A DNA stretch of 64,000 nt from an uncultured Planctomycetota bacterium (lineage in GTDB: Bacteria > Planctomycetota > Planctomycetia > Isosphaerales > Isosphaeraceae). Shown here in pieces: positions 44,526 through 56,007 of the stretch (its first letter is position 1; the number at the start of each line of letters is the position of its first letter). The DNA lies in contig CAWJTV010000036.1 of the NCBI GenBank assembly GCA_963845755.1, positions 192,001 to 256,000 on the forward strand, read 5' to 3'. Made by a program: the position numbers and the translations under genes. Below the pieces are notes generated by a model. That model saw only the letters and a list, made by a program, of their open reading frames with translations, was not told where the DNA came from and did no database searches.

Positions 44526-47500
44526 CTATCGAGGCCCGCGGAGCGGATCTTCGGGTTTGAGCGACTGTCGCAGTTCGGCGACCCCCCTGTTCTTGAAGTC
44601 GATGCCGAACAGGGTGAGGAGGAGATCCAGTAATGGGGGGAAGTACTCGTCCTCGCGACGGAAGTCGGCGAACACTTTCCCTCTCATTAAAGGAGGTAAC
44701 GATGTCCGTTCGTCGCCTTCCAAGAGCAACGGCAGCACGGTCGCCTTGTGTTGCTGGGTCCCTGTGTATCGGAGGTTGATGAGATCTACTTCCGTCGCGA
44801 CCACCCGCCCGGTCGTCGGATCTTTGTTCTCATATTTCTCGCGGTAGCGAGGTGTCCCGACCGCGATCACGAACCTCTTGGGTATCCTCCAGTAAACTGA
44901 GGAATCGCGCAATGTCCGACCCGATCGACGCATTGTCCCAGCGGTCGAGGACGACCTCGACACCGGCGTTGTGGAGATCGCGTGCCAGCTTCTTCTCGAC
45001 CCATTGCTCGTGTTCCCGCACGCCCCAGGCATAGCTGATGAAGCAAGCGGGGCGATCGTTCCGGGCGAGGGATTTGACCGCCCTACCGCGCCGCCTCATA
45101 CCGGGTCCGCAGGTCGGCAGTGGCACGCTCCTGCTCAACCTCCACGCGGTCGATCCGAGCCGATGTGATGACTTCTCCAACGCCTGCGAGACTGACCTTC
45201 TTTCCGCACTCGCTACAGAACATGTCTGGACGGTGCTCGCGGATGCGTCGGACAACCTCCTCCCGTTTTTGCCGGTAGCCGCATCCTCGCTTACGGCAGA
45301 TGACTGGCGGATACCGAATGATCTTGACCCGACGTCGGGTCAGGAACCGCTCGAACAGCCCCTGAAAGAGAAGCCTTGTATGCGAAACGACATGCTTGGC
45401 GTAGTACAGGACGAACTCAACCTCACCCTCGATTCCCCTGGCTACCTGCCGGAAGCCGCAAACCTCATGCTCGCCGAGCACGTACTGTGCCTGGTCCTGC
45501 CACTGATGGGTTCGCGTGAAGACGTTTGTGTAGCCTAACAGCACAACCAGAGCGGCGTAGGCGTTCTCCACCTCCCCGGACACCTCATACGATACATCTT
45601 CTTCCAGCTCCACCCCGCCATCGATCTGCGGCCGTTTCTGGTTGATCAACTCGGGGAAGATGAGGTACGTCGAGGCCCCTTCCTTCTCCCGGAAGCAGAG
45701 GTTGTGCCCCAGGAAGAGCGTCGTGGTTGCGTCGAGGAGAATCCGGCAATCCCGATCGCTCAACCCTTTCAATTCCTGGAAAGGATAATCGCCCTTCAGG
45801 AGGCGTCCTTCGTCGAGCGAGCCGAGCCCTTTGGGATTGCGGCGTGCTTCCAACACAATGGAAGAGGCGAGGTTGTTCGAGAGCTTAGAAGCGAGCAGAA
45901 TGCTTTGCTCGCCGGTGGACGTGCGGATCACACAGACGTAGCCGTAGTTGGCCAGATGCCCTACGGCCGTCATCATCTCGTCGTCGCTGAATTCCCAGTT
46001 TGTGTCGGTCTCCTCGAGCCGCCGGCGCAGCTCGGGCGGATCGAAGAGCGATTCCGTTCTCGTCGGGTCCTCCTTCGAGCGGAGCACGAAATCCTTGATG
46101 CGCTTGAACGTGTCGGTTGTGACCGTGGGAGGCATGTCCTCCCAGCCGACCAGCTCTTTGGCCCGCTCGACCAGTTCGACCAGCCCGTCGCCGCGCTTGG
46201 CGCTCGGTGCCGACGTAGCCTCCATCAATGCCACGGGTACGGCAATAATCGTCGATCTCCTCCAGGGTCAGGCTCGGGTCACCGACGTCGAGCCGAGCGC
46301 AGACCAGGATTGTGCGGCACGTTGGCGGCCATGGGCCAGCGCCTTGAGCCAGTAGTCGACCCCATGGAGCGGTTCCTGGCGGTTGGCGGCGTTGAACAAG
46401 ACTAGGGCCAAGTTCGCGTCGTCGAGGAACAGAGTATGGATCAGCCGGTAGTCCGGCTGACCGGCAAGGTCCCATAGCACCGCTTCGCAATCAGCCCCGT
46501 CCGATCGTCGATGCTTCCACTCATCCAGCACCCAGAACTGCTGGCCATGCGTCGAGGGATGTTCTTTGAACTTGTCATGTGCCAGCCGCCACCCAAACCC
46601 CGTTTTGCCGACGCCCGAGTCGCCGACCAGCACGATCTTCGCCGTGATGTGGTGTACGGCACGCGCCGAGCAGTGCGGCCAATCAGGGTTTTCGGGTCGT
46701 AGTCCCAGATCTGGATCTTGTTCCCATCTCTCAAGGAACGATCGATAGTCACTATGGTGGGGGACCGCGGGTTGAAAGCCGGGTACCCAAGCCCATTGCC
46801 AGCCCATGGTAGGCCTGTCACGGTTTGCCAGGACTCGCGTAGCCACAGCCGGACCGTCTGGTCGGAAGAGGCCGAGGCGAGAACTCGGCCGTCGGGAGAC
46901 CACGCGACGCTCGTGACGGGGTCGGAGTGCTCCCTCCAGAGTGCAGATCGGCCGACAACTAGGTGCCTGCCACAACCGCACCGTTTTGTCGTCGGACGCC
47001 GATGCGAGGCTGAGTCCGTCAGGCGACCATGACACGCAATTGACATCACCAACGTGGTCCTCCAGGGTCCGGATCGCTCGGCCGCTCGATGCCTCCCACA
47101 GCCGCACCGTGTTGTCTCTGGACGCCGAGGCAACTGTGAGTCCGTCTGGCGACCACGACACGCCGAATACAACCCCAGCGTGGCCCTTGAGGGTTCGGAT
47201 CGCCCGGCCGCTCGATGTCTCCCACAGCCGCACCGTCTTATCTCTGGACGCCGAGGCAATTGTGAGTCCGTCTGGCGACCACGACACTCCAAAGACACTG
47301 TCGGCGTGGCCTTTGAGGGTTCGGATCGCCCGGCCGCTCGATGCCTCCCACAGCCGCACTGTCCGGTCGAAGGACGCTGAGGCGATTGTGAGTCCGTCTG
47401 GCGAGAACGCCACGCAGCAGACGGGTCGGAGTGCCTCTGGAGGGTCCGGATGGCCCGGCCGCTCGATGCCTCCCACAGCCGCACCGTCCGGTCGAATGAG

Positions 47501-47625
47501 GCCGAGGCCAATGTGAGTCCATCGGGTGACCACGCCACGCTGGTGATATCTCTACGTGTGCCGCGGAGGGTGTGGCGGAGCGTGAAAGTGGGCGGCGTGG
47601 AATCTGTCTTGATCTTCTTGGCGTG
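44526..47625 (-). CDS. WD40 - Roc GTPase - COR - Zn ribbon - TIR/SEFIR protein (multiple frameshifts)
   Basis: WD40 repeats (VSWSPDGLTIASASRDKTVRLWE); KIVLVGDSGVGKT, STHG, LWDLAGQPDY; COR-like region; C....C...CSECG; CFISYAW...WVEKKLARDL...VVLDRWD; start approximate. Confidence 0.82.
46842..47560 (-). repeat. Six about 126-bp WD40-coding tandem repeats with high DNA identity
   Basis: CCACAGCCGCACCGT-type anchors at about 46842, 46970, 47096, 47222, 47348, 47473. Confidence 0.85.
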
Positions 47626-47946
47626 GTTGGGTTGTCTCTCTCCTCGATTAGTTCCTCCAATCCACGGTGGAATTGTCGGCCTTCTGCTCTCAGTCTCCGC
47701 AATGTCTCTTCGAAGGTTCACCATGGTCTCCCAGGCGTGCATGCTTACATCGCAATGGTATCCGAGCCGGACTCGGGTAACCAGCAGGGGACCGGCTGGC
47801 CGAAGAATGCGTGGAGATTGCCCTGGGGGTGGCCGGGAGTCAACCCGGCCGTTACTCTGGTGAGTCATGTAGATCAGGCTTTCCAGCCTGACAAAACTCG
47901 GCGCAGGCTGGAAAGTGAGTACAGTTCGTACCGAGGGAGAGGATTC

Positions 47947-50554
47947 ATGGCGTGGCGAATCTGGGGGATCGTGTGTGTGCTGGCATGGGCATCTGAGACA
48001 GGGGCGGCCGATCCCCGGCAAGTGGCCGCGCAACAACCGCCGGCCCAGGGCAAGAGCGCGGCCGAGCATGCGACCGTCGAGGGCGATCAAGCCCGGGCCG
48101 GATCGGCGGCTGTGATGGGCAAGGAGCGCATCACCTGGCCGGGCATGACCCGCGAGGGGACCGTCCTGCTGCCCAACGGCTGGTCGCTCAAGCCGGCCGG
48201 GCGTCAGACGAGGCTGGGAGACTTCCCGGTGCAGATCGCGCTCCATCCGAGTCGGCCGATCCTGGCGATCCTCCACGCCGGCTATGGCGAGCATGAGGTC
48301 GTCACGGTGGATGGGTCGAACGGGAAGGTGCTCGGCCGGGTCGCGCTGCCCGGGACGTTCGCTGGTCTGGTCTGGTCGGCCGATGGCAAGCAGCTCTTCG
48401 CCGGCGGCGGGTTCGATGACGTGATCTATCGGTTCGACCATGCCGATGGGCTGCTGTCGAAGAAGACCGTCTTCAAGTACCTCGATGTCAATGTGTTTGT
48501 GGCGCCACGAAACCCGCCCGAGGGCGAGCCGGCCAAGAAACCCACGCGGACACCCGCCGGGCTGGCGGTCACCCGGGACGGCAAGACGGTCTACGTCTCC
48601 GCCGCCTTCGGCCACTCGCTGGGGCGGTTCGACGCCCAGTCGGGGGCCTGTCAGGGCGAGATCGCCCTAGGGGCCGACAGTTATCCTTATGGACTGGCGC
48701 TTGATGAGTCGCGCGGACGGTTGTACGTCGAGCCTCTGGAACAAGGCCGCCGTCGCGGTCGTCGATACCGCGTCTTTCAAAGTCGTCGGGACCTGGCCGA
48801 CCCAGGAGCATCCCAACGAGATGGTCCTGGCGCGAAAGGGGAAGGTCCTGTACGTGGCCAACGCCAATCGCAACACGGTCACAGTGATCGACACCGAGGC
48901 CGGCAAGCCGATCGAGACGATCGGCACGGCCATCGACCCGAAGGCTCCCTCGGGGAGCACGCCGAACTCGCTGGCACTCTCGCCCGACGAATCGATGCTG
49001 TTCGTCGCCAACGCCAATACCAATAACCTGGCGGTCGTCAACGTCAAACAACCCGGGGCCAGTGCCCCGCTGGGTTTCATCCCGGTCGGCTGGTATCCCA
49101 CGTCGGTCCGGGTCGCCCGCGACGGCAAGACCCTTTACGTGACTAATGGCAAGGGCTCGACTTCGAAGGCCAATCGCGACGGCCCGAGGCCGGGCTTCCC
49201 CCGCGCCGGGGGGCCGACGATTGAGTACATCGGTGGCCTCTTCCAGGGAACGCTGTCGGTGATTCCCATGCCCACTGCCAAACAAATGGCGACCTACTCG
49301 CAGACGGTCTACGAGTGCAGCCCGCTCCGTCGGGGCGATCCGGTCGGTGTTCGCGGGGCCCTCCCCGCAGCCGGGCACCCGATCCCCGCGAAGGTCGGCG
49401 ACCCCTCGCCAATCAAGTACGTCGTCTACATCATCAAGGAGAACCGCACCTACGACCAGGTCTTCGGCGACATGCCCGAAGGCAATGGCGAGCCGGCCAT
49501 CTGCCTGTTCCCCGAGGCTGTCTCGCCCAACCACCACGCCCTGGTCCGCGAATTCGTTCTGCTCGACAACTTTTACGTCGAGAGCGAGGTCAGCGCCGAT
49601 GGCCACGAGTGGACCATGGGCGCCTATGCCAGCGACTTCGTCGAGCGGATCTGGCCGGTGGGCTATCGCGGCGACCGCCGCGTCCCCTATCCGTCCGAGG
49701 GAGGTGAAGTGTTGGAGGTCGCCAAACCAGCCGGCGGCTACCTCTGGGATAAGGCCGCTGAGAAGGGAGTCACCTACCGGAGCTATGGCGAGTTCGTCTC
49801 CAACGCACCGACGCCGAGCCAGCCCGCCACCACGCGAGTCAAGGCGCTGGAGGGCCACTTCGACCCGATGTTCCGCGGATTCGACATGGATTATCCCGAC
49901 GCCAAGCGCGCCGACCGCTTCCTCGAAGAGCTCGCCGGGTTCGAGAAGTCCGGCGAGATGCCGCGCCTGGTGATCCTCAAGCTGCCCAACGACCACACCT
50001 CGGGGACCTCCGTCGGCAAGTGGACCGTGACCGCGTGCGTCGGCGACAACGACCTGGCGCTGGGGCGGGTCGTCGAGGGCCTGAGCCAGAGCCGGTTCTG
50101 GAAGCAGATGGCCATCTTCGTGGTCGAGGACGACGCCCAGAACGGCTCGGACCACGTCAACGCCCATCGGACCGTCGCGCTGGCGATCAGCCCGTACATC
50201 AAGAGGCACTCGGTCAACTCGACGATGTACAGCACCTCGTCGATGCTCCGCACCATGGAGCTGATCCTGGGCCTCGAGCCGATGAGTCAGTTCGACGCCT
50301 CAGCCCGTCCGATGTTCGCCTCGTTCACGACTCTGCCCGACGTCGCCCCGTACGTCCACCGCCCGGCCGGCGTGGATTTGAACGCTCGCAACCGTCGCGA
50401 TGCGCCGATGGCCAAGGTCTCGCAACGGCTCAACCTCGAGATCGAGGACCGCAACGACGATATCCTCTTCAACGAGATCATCTGGAAGGCCGTCAAGGGG
50501 AAGGACTCGGTGATGCCGCCGCCGGTCCGGGCGGCGTTCGTGGTGCCGCGGTAA
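47947..50554 (+). CDS. YncE/YVTN beta-propeller plus phosphoesterase/alkaline-phosphatase-family protein (frameshift near 48730)
   Basis: LLPNGWSLKPAG, GFIPVGWYPT, IIKENRTYDQVFGD, EVSADGHEW, LPNDHT, EDDAQNGSDHV. Confidence 0.9.
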
Positions 50555-50670
50555 TCGGTCCTAGCTCGTTGTCCGTCGCAAACAGTCATCTGCGACCTTT
50601 CGCCGATCGGGGAGATGTTCTATGATCGAGGGAGGGTTCCAGAGGATCGCTGGAGCCCGAGGAGGCTCAT

Positions 50671-50931
50671 GTGCCCCGCATTTCCGCATTCTACGGTATC
50701 GCGATCTACATGTATTATCGCGATCACCTGCCGCCTCACTTCCACGCCATCTATGGTGAGTTTGATGCGGCGGTGGCGATCGAGACGGGCGAGATGCTGG
50801 AGGGGCAATTGCCGCGGCGGGCTCGGGCGCTGGTTTCGGAGTGGACCGCGGCCCATCGGGCCGAATTGCGACAGGCCTGGGACTTGGCTCGTGCCAACCA
50901 GCCCTTACCCGCGATCGCAGGGCTGGAGTGA
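50671..50931 (+). CDS. DUF4160-family protein (putative TA toxin)
   Basis: PRISAFYGIAIYMYYRDHLPPHFHAIYG...W...H..EL...W. Confidence 0.9.
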   Translation: MPRISAFYGIAIYMYYRDHLPPHFHAIYGEFDAAVAIETGEMLEGQLPRRARALVSEWTAAHRAELRQAWDLARANQPLPAIAGLE

Positions 50932-50946
50932 ATCGAGGAGATTGCT

Positions 50947-51208
50947 ATGATTCTTCGCATCCATGACGCCCGAGTCTGTGGCCCGCACTCGTTGCAACTG
51001 AGGTTCAGCGACGGAACCACCAAGCAGGTCGATGTGCGTCCATTGCTCGATGGTCCGATTTTCGAGCCCTTGCGAGATCCTGCCTATTTCGCGAGCGCAG
51101 TCCCTGGACACCATTTGCGGCACGGTCGTCTGGCCCAACGGTGCGGACTTCGCGCCGGAGGCCCTTTACGAGTTGGAGGCCGAAACGATGTCCGAGTCCG
51201 CCGCCTGA
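50947..51208 (+). CDS. DUF2442-family protein (putative antitoxin), frameshift near 51095
   Basis: LQLRFSDGT...GPIFEPLRDP.YF...GTVVWPNGADFAPEALYE. Confidence 0.88.
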
Positions 51209-51370
51209 CCGGGTCGCGAGGGTCGGGCTCGCTCGGTGATGCCGCCGGTCCGGGCGGCGTTCATCGTGCCGCGGTGAGCCCGGCTTGTTGACCGCCGAGC
51301 GACCTGCGAGGATAGATGTCGGGTCGAGGTTTCGGTGTCCAGCTCAACCCTTCCTTCGGGCGATGAGGGG

Positions 51371-51673
51371 ATGATTGCCTTCGAGATCGCGTTTTCGGCG
51401 GACGCCCGCGACCACCTCCGGTCGCTGAAGAAGCGCGGTCAACAGATCATCGTCGATGCCATCGCCGAGCAACTGACGCACCAGCCCGATTAGCCGACCG
51501 CTCGTCGCAAGCGATTGGAGGACAATCCGATTGCTCCTTGGGAGCTGCTGCGCATCGGGGATTTCCGCGTTTTCTACGATATCAGCGGTGACGATCAGAG
51601 GGTCATCGTGGTCGCGGTCGGTGAGAAGTCCCATTATGAACTCCGGATCGGTGGCGAAGAGATCGAGCTATGA
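51371..51673 (+). pseudogene. RelE/ParE-family toxin with in-frame TAG at codon 41
   Basis: MIAFEIAFSADARDHLRSL...HQPD*PTARRKRLEDNPIAPWELLRIGDFRVFYDI...IVVAVGEK...EEIEL; TAG at 51491-51493; ATGA overlap with antitoxin. Confidence 0.85.
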
Positions 51674-51987
51674 CTGTCGTACCATTGGAAGAGACAACGC
51701 TGTCCGTGCCCGAGTTGGTCGAGCCGGCCAAGGAAGAGGCCGTCATCCTGACGCGCGACGGCCAACCGGTCGTGTCCGTCAGGGACCTATCGGGTTCGGA
51801 TTGGGAGTCCACGGCGCTGGCGAATAATTCGCGCTTCGTCGAGATCATCGAGCAATCGCGCCGATCGTATCGGGAGCAGGGAGGCATCGGCATCGAGCAG
51901 CTCCGCCGAGAACTCGGCCTGGAGACGAGCGAATGCGGCCCTGTTCCAGACGCCTGGCTTCATGTCTCCGACGACGAGGTCGAGTAA
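51670..51987 (+). CDS. Phd/YefM-like antitoxin
   Basis: ELVEPAKEEAVILTRDGQPVVSV...IIEQSRRSY...IEQLRRELG; coupled to the RelE-like gene. Confidence 0.75.
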   Translation: MTVVPLEETTLSVPELVEPAKEEAVILTRDGQPVVSVRDLSGSDWESTALANNSRFVEIIEQSRRSYREQGGIGIEQLRRELGLETSECGPVPDAWLHVSDDEVE

Positions 51988-52021
51988 TGACGGCCGCGGA
52001 ACTGGTGCGGGAGGCGTTGTC

Positions 52022-52823
52022 ATGAGGGGCTTGCTGGTGCGCTCGGGGGCGGCTGTGCGGCGACCTTGGTTCATCATCCTTTCGTCAATCGTGGTCGTTG
52101 TTGGAGTCGCGGCCGGGGTCAGCCTCCTTTGCTTGATCGGGATTCCCATGCTTCTTCCTCCTCCCGGCGAGATGTATCCGCGGGCCCCTGCCATGCCCCC
52201 CACGGTGCCCGAGACGGCTGGTGACTTGCTCTCGCGCTTTGAACGCATCCTGCGGGATCGCGCGCTGAAGTTCTCGCGTCCATGCAGCGCGGGCTAACCG
52301 ACGCCCGGATCGATGCTCTTCAGTCGAGGCACGGGTTCGTTCTTCCGCCCGACTTGCGGGCGCTGCTACCGCTGGCGGAATGGCAGCCCGCGCGGCAGTC
52401 GAACTCGACGTGTTCGCCGGCCACCGGTTCGTGCCGTTCGATGAGGCATTGACGGCGCGTGAGGTCATGCGGCGGCAAATCAAAGCCGCGGCTACGCGGC
52501 TCCGACGATGGGCTTACGCGACATACGTACGGCATCGCGATGGGTGGCTCGGCCTGATCGTGGACCTGGCGGGTGACGGCTACTTCTTCGATCCCGGTAG
52601 ATCCGAGGCCGAAGGCTCATTCTTCTTCTGCTTCGTCGAGGATGGGAGCTACGTGTTCTTCCCGGCCTTCCGAAACTTTCTCGCCGGCATAATCGAAGGG
52701 CACGAATCGGGCATATTGAAGTTCGGGGGCCATGGTGCCGAAACCGTGGACTTCGTCCGAGCCCGCGAGATCCGGTGCCGGTATGGCGCGGAGAATCCAC
52801 GCGACGAGGAAATCGAGCCATGA
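52022..52823 (+). CDS. SMI1/KNR4-like protein with N-terminal TM (frameshifted)
   Basis: GLTDARIDALQ...FVLPPDLRAL.RWRNG...WLGLIVDLAGDGYFFD...FRNFL. Confidence 0.65.
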
Positions 52824-52902
52824 ATCGAGCGATCGCGGCGCTCGTATCGGGACCAGGGAGGCATTGGCATCGAGCACCTGCACCAAGAACTCGAACTGGA
52901 GA
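52824..52902 (+). repeat. Diverged duplicate of the antitoxin 3' part
   Basis: 79 bp aligns ungapped to 51847-51925 with about 11 mismatches; IERSRRSYRDQGGIGIEHLHQELELE vs IEQSRRSYREQGGIGIEQLRRELGLE. Confidence 0.85.
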
Positions 52903-52937
52903 AGACCCCCAGGTGGGTCCATGAGGGAGGGAAACGA

Positions 52938-53598
52938 ATGTCCGTCAAGCGATTGACCGATCTGTTGATCCTGGCACTGGTGGCCTGCACTCCCCTGGCC
53001 GTGGGTGCGGCCGACGAGCCGAAGGAGGATCCTGAGCCGCCGCAAATCTTCTATCTGGAGTTCGACGGTAAGAAGGTCCCCGTCGAATTGAACAAGCCGT
53101 TTCCGACCGAAACCCTCAAAGGGAGCAAGGCCGTGACCCTGCGTGTCGAGCCCTTCCGGGTGTTTCGATATGCCGGATTGTCCTTCCAGTATCCTCGGGA
53201 GTACACCTTTCAAGCCGACCATACCAATCCCGGCGTGGCGTTGTGGACGCTCTCCGGCAGCGATTGTATGATCATGGTTCAGCGGTTCGAGGACCAGGGA
53301 GATCCCGAGGCCGTGCGACAGTTGCTGGTGGATGAACTGGCGGCCAGGTACAAGGATGCCAGGAAGAAGCAGGGTGCGATCACCTGGAAGCTCGAGGGGA
53401 CCACGCTGAAAGGGATCCGGCTCGAGGTCGAATTCGCAGGGACCACGCTCTACCAGGACCTGTACTCCTTCCGCGCGGGAAACGGCTCGGTGGTGCTGCT
53501 GGTCCAGGATTCCTTGCAGGACGACGGGAAACCGAGTGTCGAACCGAGTACGGGCCGAGACGATGCTCACGAAGACGTTGCGGCTGCCCGCCAAATGA
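52938..53598 (+). CDS. Hypothetical secreted protein (frameshift near 53545)
   Basis: Signal peptide, GLSFQYP; GGAGG RBS. Confidence 0.6.
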
Positions 53599-53652
53599 GG
53601 CCAAACACCTCGGACAGGACGCCCCTGGTCTCGGCTGCCGTGAGGTGTGTCC

Positions 53653-54099
53653 ATGCGAGATATTTGGTTCCGAAAGGCGAACCGGTCGAGCCTGCCGGCC
53701 AGATACCAGGTCGTCTTCTTTGTTCTGCCGATCGCGCTCATGTTCGGCTCATTCGTGCCGCTCTGGTTCCTCGCCATGGGGCTGGCCCATGCCCTGGGCA
53801 TCCCCGAGCATGCCCCCGTTCGAGAGCAACCGCTCGGCCTTTTGTGGTTCGCCCTGTTCCTCGCCATGTCGTGGATCTTCCTATTCGCCGGCCTGCTGTG
53901 CGGATTCTTGTTGAATGCGGCGATCTTGCGTCATGGCATGGGATACCCCTGGTCCGTGATTCGAGAGATCGGCGTTTGTCCGCATTGGCTCGTCAACTGC
54001 CTCGGAGGTTGGCGATCGAGCCCCACCGGGTCCAAGGATCGCAAAGGGCACGAAGACCCCATGTACGATCCCCACCTGGACGATCTGGCGCGGAGATAA
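53653..54099 (+). CDS. Hypothetical membrane protein
   Basis: Two or three hydrophobic segments; C-terminal DPMYDPHLD. Confidence 0.6.
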   Translation: MRDIWFRKANRSSLPARYQVVFFVLPIALMFGSFVPLWFLAMGLAHALGIPEHAPVREQPLGLLWFALFLAMSWIFLFAGLLCGFLLNAAILRHGMGYPWSVIREIGVCPHWLVNCLGGWRSSPTGSKDRKGHEDPMYDPHLDDLARR

Positions 54100-54303
54100 C
54101 GCCCCTGGGAGGATTCCGGCGGCCCATCGACGGGATAGGACGACGAGCAGACCGTCGCCGGTCGGCTTGACCGAGACCCGCTTGCGGCTTCCCCGGACGA
54201 GCGGGACAATCATGTGTTGAACACGGCAGCTTCGAGGCCCCTGCGCATCGACCGATCCAATCGGTGGGTCGACCATGCCGGCCAATCATCCGCGAGCGAA
54301 ACC

Positions 54304-55225
54304 ATGCAGACCAATACCCTGACCGACACGACGGACGATTATCTTCCAGTGCCACGCGCCGAAGCCGCCCCGCTCGGCGCTTCGTGCGCGGCGGTCCAGG
54401 TCGATCTCGCAGGCCTGACTCATCAAGGTAAGGTCAGATCCAACAACGAGGATAACTTCCTGGTCGTCCGGTTCGGCCGGTTCCTCCAGACGATCGAGAC
54501 GAGCCTGCCCGACGGTCATGTACCGAGCGAATTCGGGGAGACGGGATATGGCCTGGTCGTCGCCGACGGGATGGGCGGCATGGCCGCCGGTGAGGTCGCG
54601 AGCCGGCTGGCCATCTCGCTCCTGGTCAACCTCGTGCTGGACACACCCGACTGGATCATGGGGTGCGACGGCTCCCATTCGGAAGAGCAGATCGCCAGGG
54701 CGGTCAAACGCTTCGAAACCGTGAATGCGTCGATCCTCGAGCAGGCCCGGCGCCAGCCGGCGCTCAGCGGCATGGGGACGACGCTGACCATGGCGTACAG
54801 CCTGGGCACGGACCTGCTCATCGCTCATGTCGGCGACTCGCCGGTCTATCTGTCTCGCGGAGGGACGTTGCACAAATTGACGCGCGTCCACACCGTGGCC
54901 CAGGAGATGGCCGACCACGAATCGATCCCCATCGAGGAGGTTCCCTCGCGATTCCATCACATGTTGACCCAGGCCATCGGCATCCGGGAGACCGGGGCCG
55001 AGCCCGACATCCGGCGACTGCCGCCTCGCCGACGGCGACCGACTCCTGCTCTGTACCGATGGTCTGACCGACATGGTCGATGACGCGACGATCGCGACTG
55101 TACTGCAAGGCAATGCGTCCTCCGATGCGGCCTGTCAGGCGCTGATCGACCTGGCCCTGGAACGCGGGGGCAGAGACAATGTGACGGTCGTCGTCGCCGG
55201 TTACCTCTTCCCTGTCGAGTCGTGA
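54304..55225 (+). CDS. PP2C-family Ser/Thr phosphatase (frameshift near 55020)
   Basis: GKVRSNNED, VADGMGG, GMGTT, HVGDS, LLLCTDGL, GGRDNVT. Confidence 0.92.
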
Positions 55226-55257
55226 GAGGCGGGACGGTCGAACCGAGAGGAGTTGCC

Positions 55258-55785
55258 ATGGTCTCGCAAGGCCGCGGAACCGCCGTGATTGCCATGTTAC
55301 TCGGTTTGATACCGGGTTGTTCGAGTGGGCCGACCGAGAGCTCAACGATCCGACAGGCCGAACGGCTGACCTTGTACGAGGGCCTCCCGCACCCGATGTA
55401 CGAACCGACTGCGCTCGCAGCGGAGAAGAAGGCCAAGCCGACCGTCGAGTTGCACGGCTTTCCGTTCTATCGCGAGGCCCTCGAAGTGAAGGCGGGGGAC
55501 GATGAGAAGCTCAAAGCCTTGCTGGCGGATCCGCGGACGCTCGAGCCATTCTCCGGCGAGAAGCGATGTGGGGGCTTCCATCCCGACTATGCGGTCGAAT
55601 GGTCGGTTGGCGGTAAGATTCGCTCGGGCTTGATCTGCTTCGGTTGCGGTGAGGTCATGATCTATGGACCGACGGGTGAGGCGCGCTACGATATCCGAAA
55701 CGATGCCCGCCGGCCGCTCCAGGACCTACTCACGCCCTACCGAAAGAACCGGCCACCACGCGACACGTCCCGTCTCGAAGGTTGA
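55258..55785 (+). CDS. Hypothetical lipoprotein
   Basis: IPGC lipobox; LYEGLPH, KRCGGFHPD, ICFGCGE. Confidence 0.7.
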   Translation: MVSQGRGTAVIAMLLGLIPGCSSGPTESSTIRQAERLTLYEGLPHPMYEPTALAAEKKAKPTVELHGFPFYREALEVKAGDDEKLKALLADPRTLEPFSGEKRCGGFHPDYAVEWSVGGKIRSGLICFGCGEVMIYGPTGEARYDIRNDARRPLQDLLTPYRKNRPPRDTSRLEG

Positions 55786-56007
55786 TTTTCGTTGATCCGA
55801 TCGCTCCGGCGGTGCCGGAGAGCCGCAGTCGCCCTGGATCGTGAACGCGCGCTTCTCGCGACTGGAGGCCCTTGACCCATCCCGGCATGGGCTTCGTAAT
55901 ATAAGAACAGGCGGGCCGTCCTACGACTCGCCCGGATTTCCGGGCTCGACCTTGAGCGGGAAGGTTGCCGAGGTGGAGTTGCGGATCACTTTGATAGGAG
56001 CACACCA

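Larger units (their letters stand above)
50506..51277 (+). repeat. Direct repeat of the phosphoesterase 3' end bracketing the DUF4160/DUF2442 pair
   Basis: CTCGGTGATGCCGCC(GCC)GGTCCGGGCGGCGTTC.T.GTGCCGCGGT.A at 50506-50554 and 51232-51277. Confidence 0.85.
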
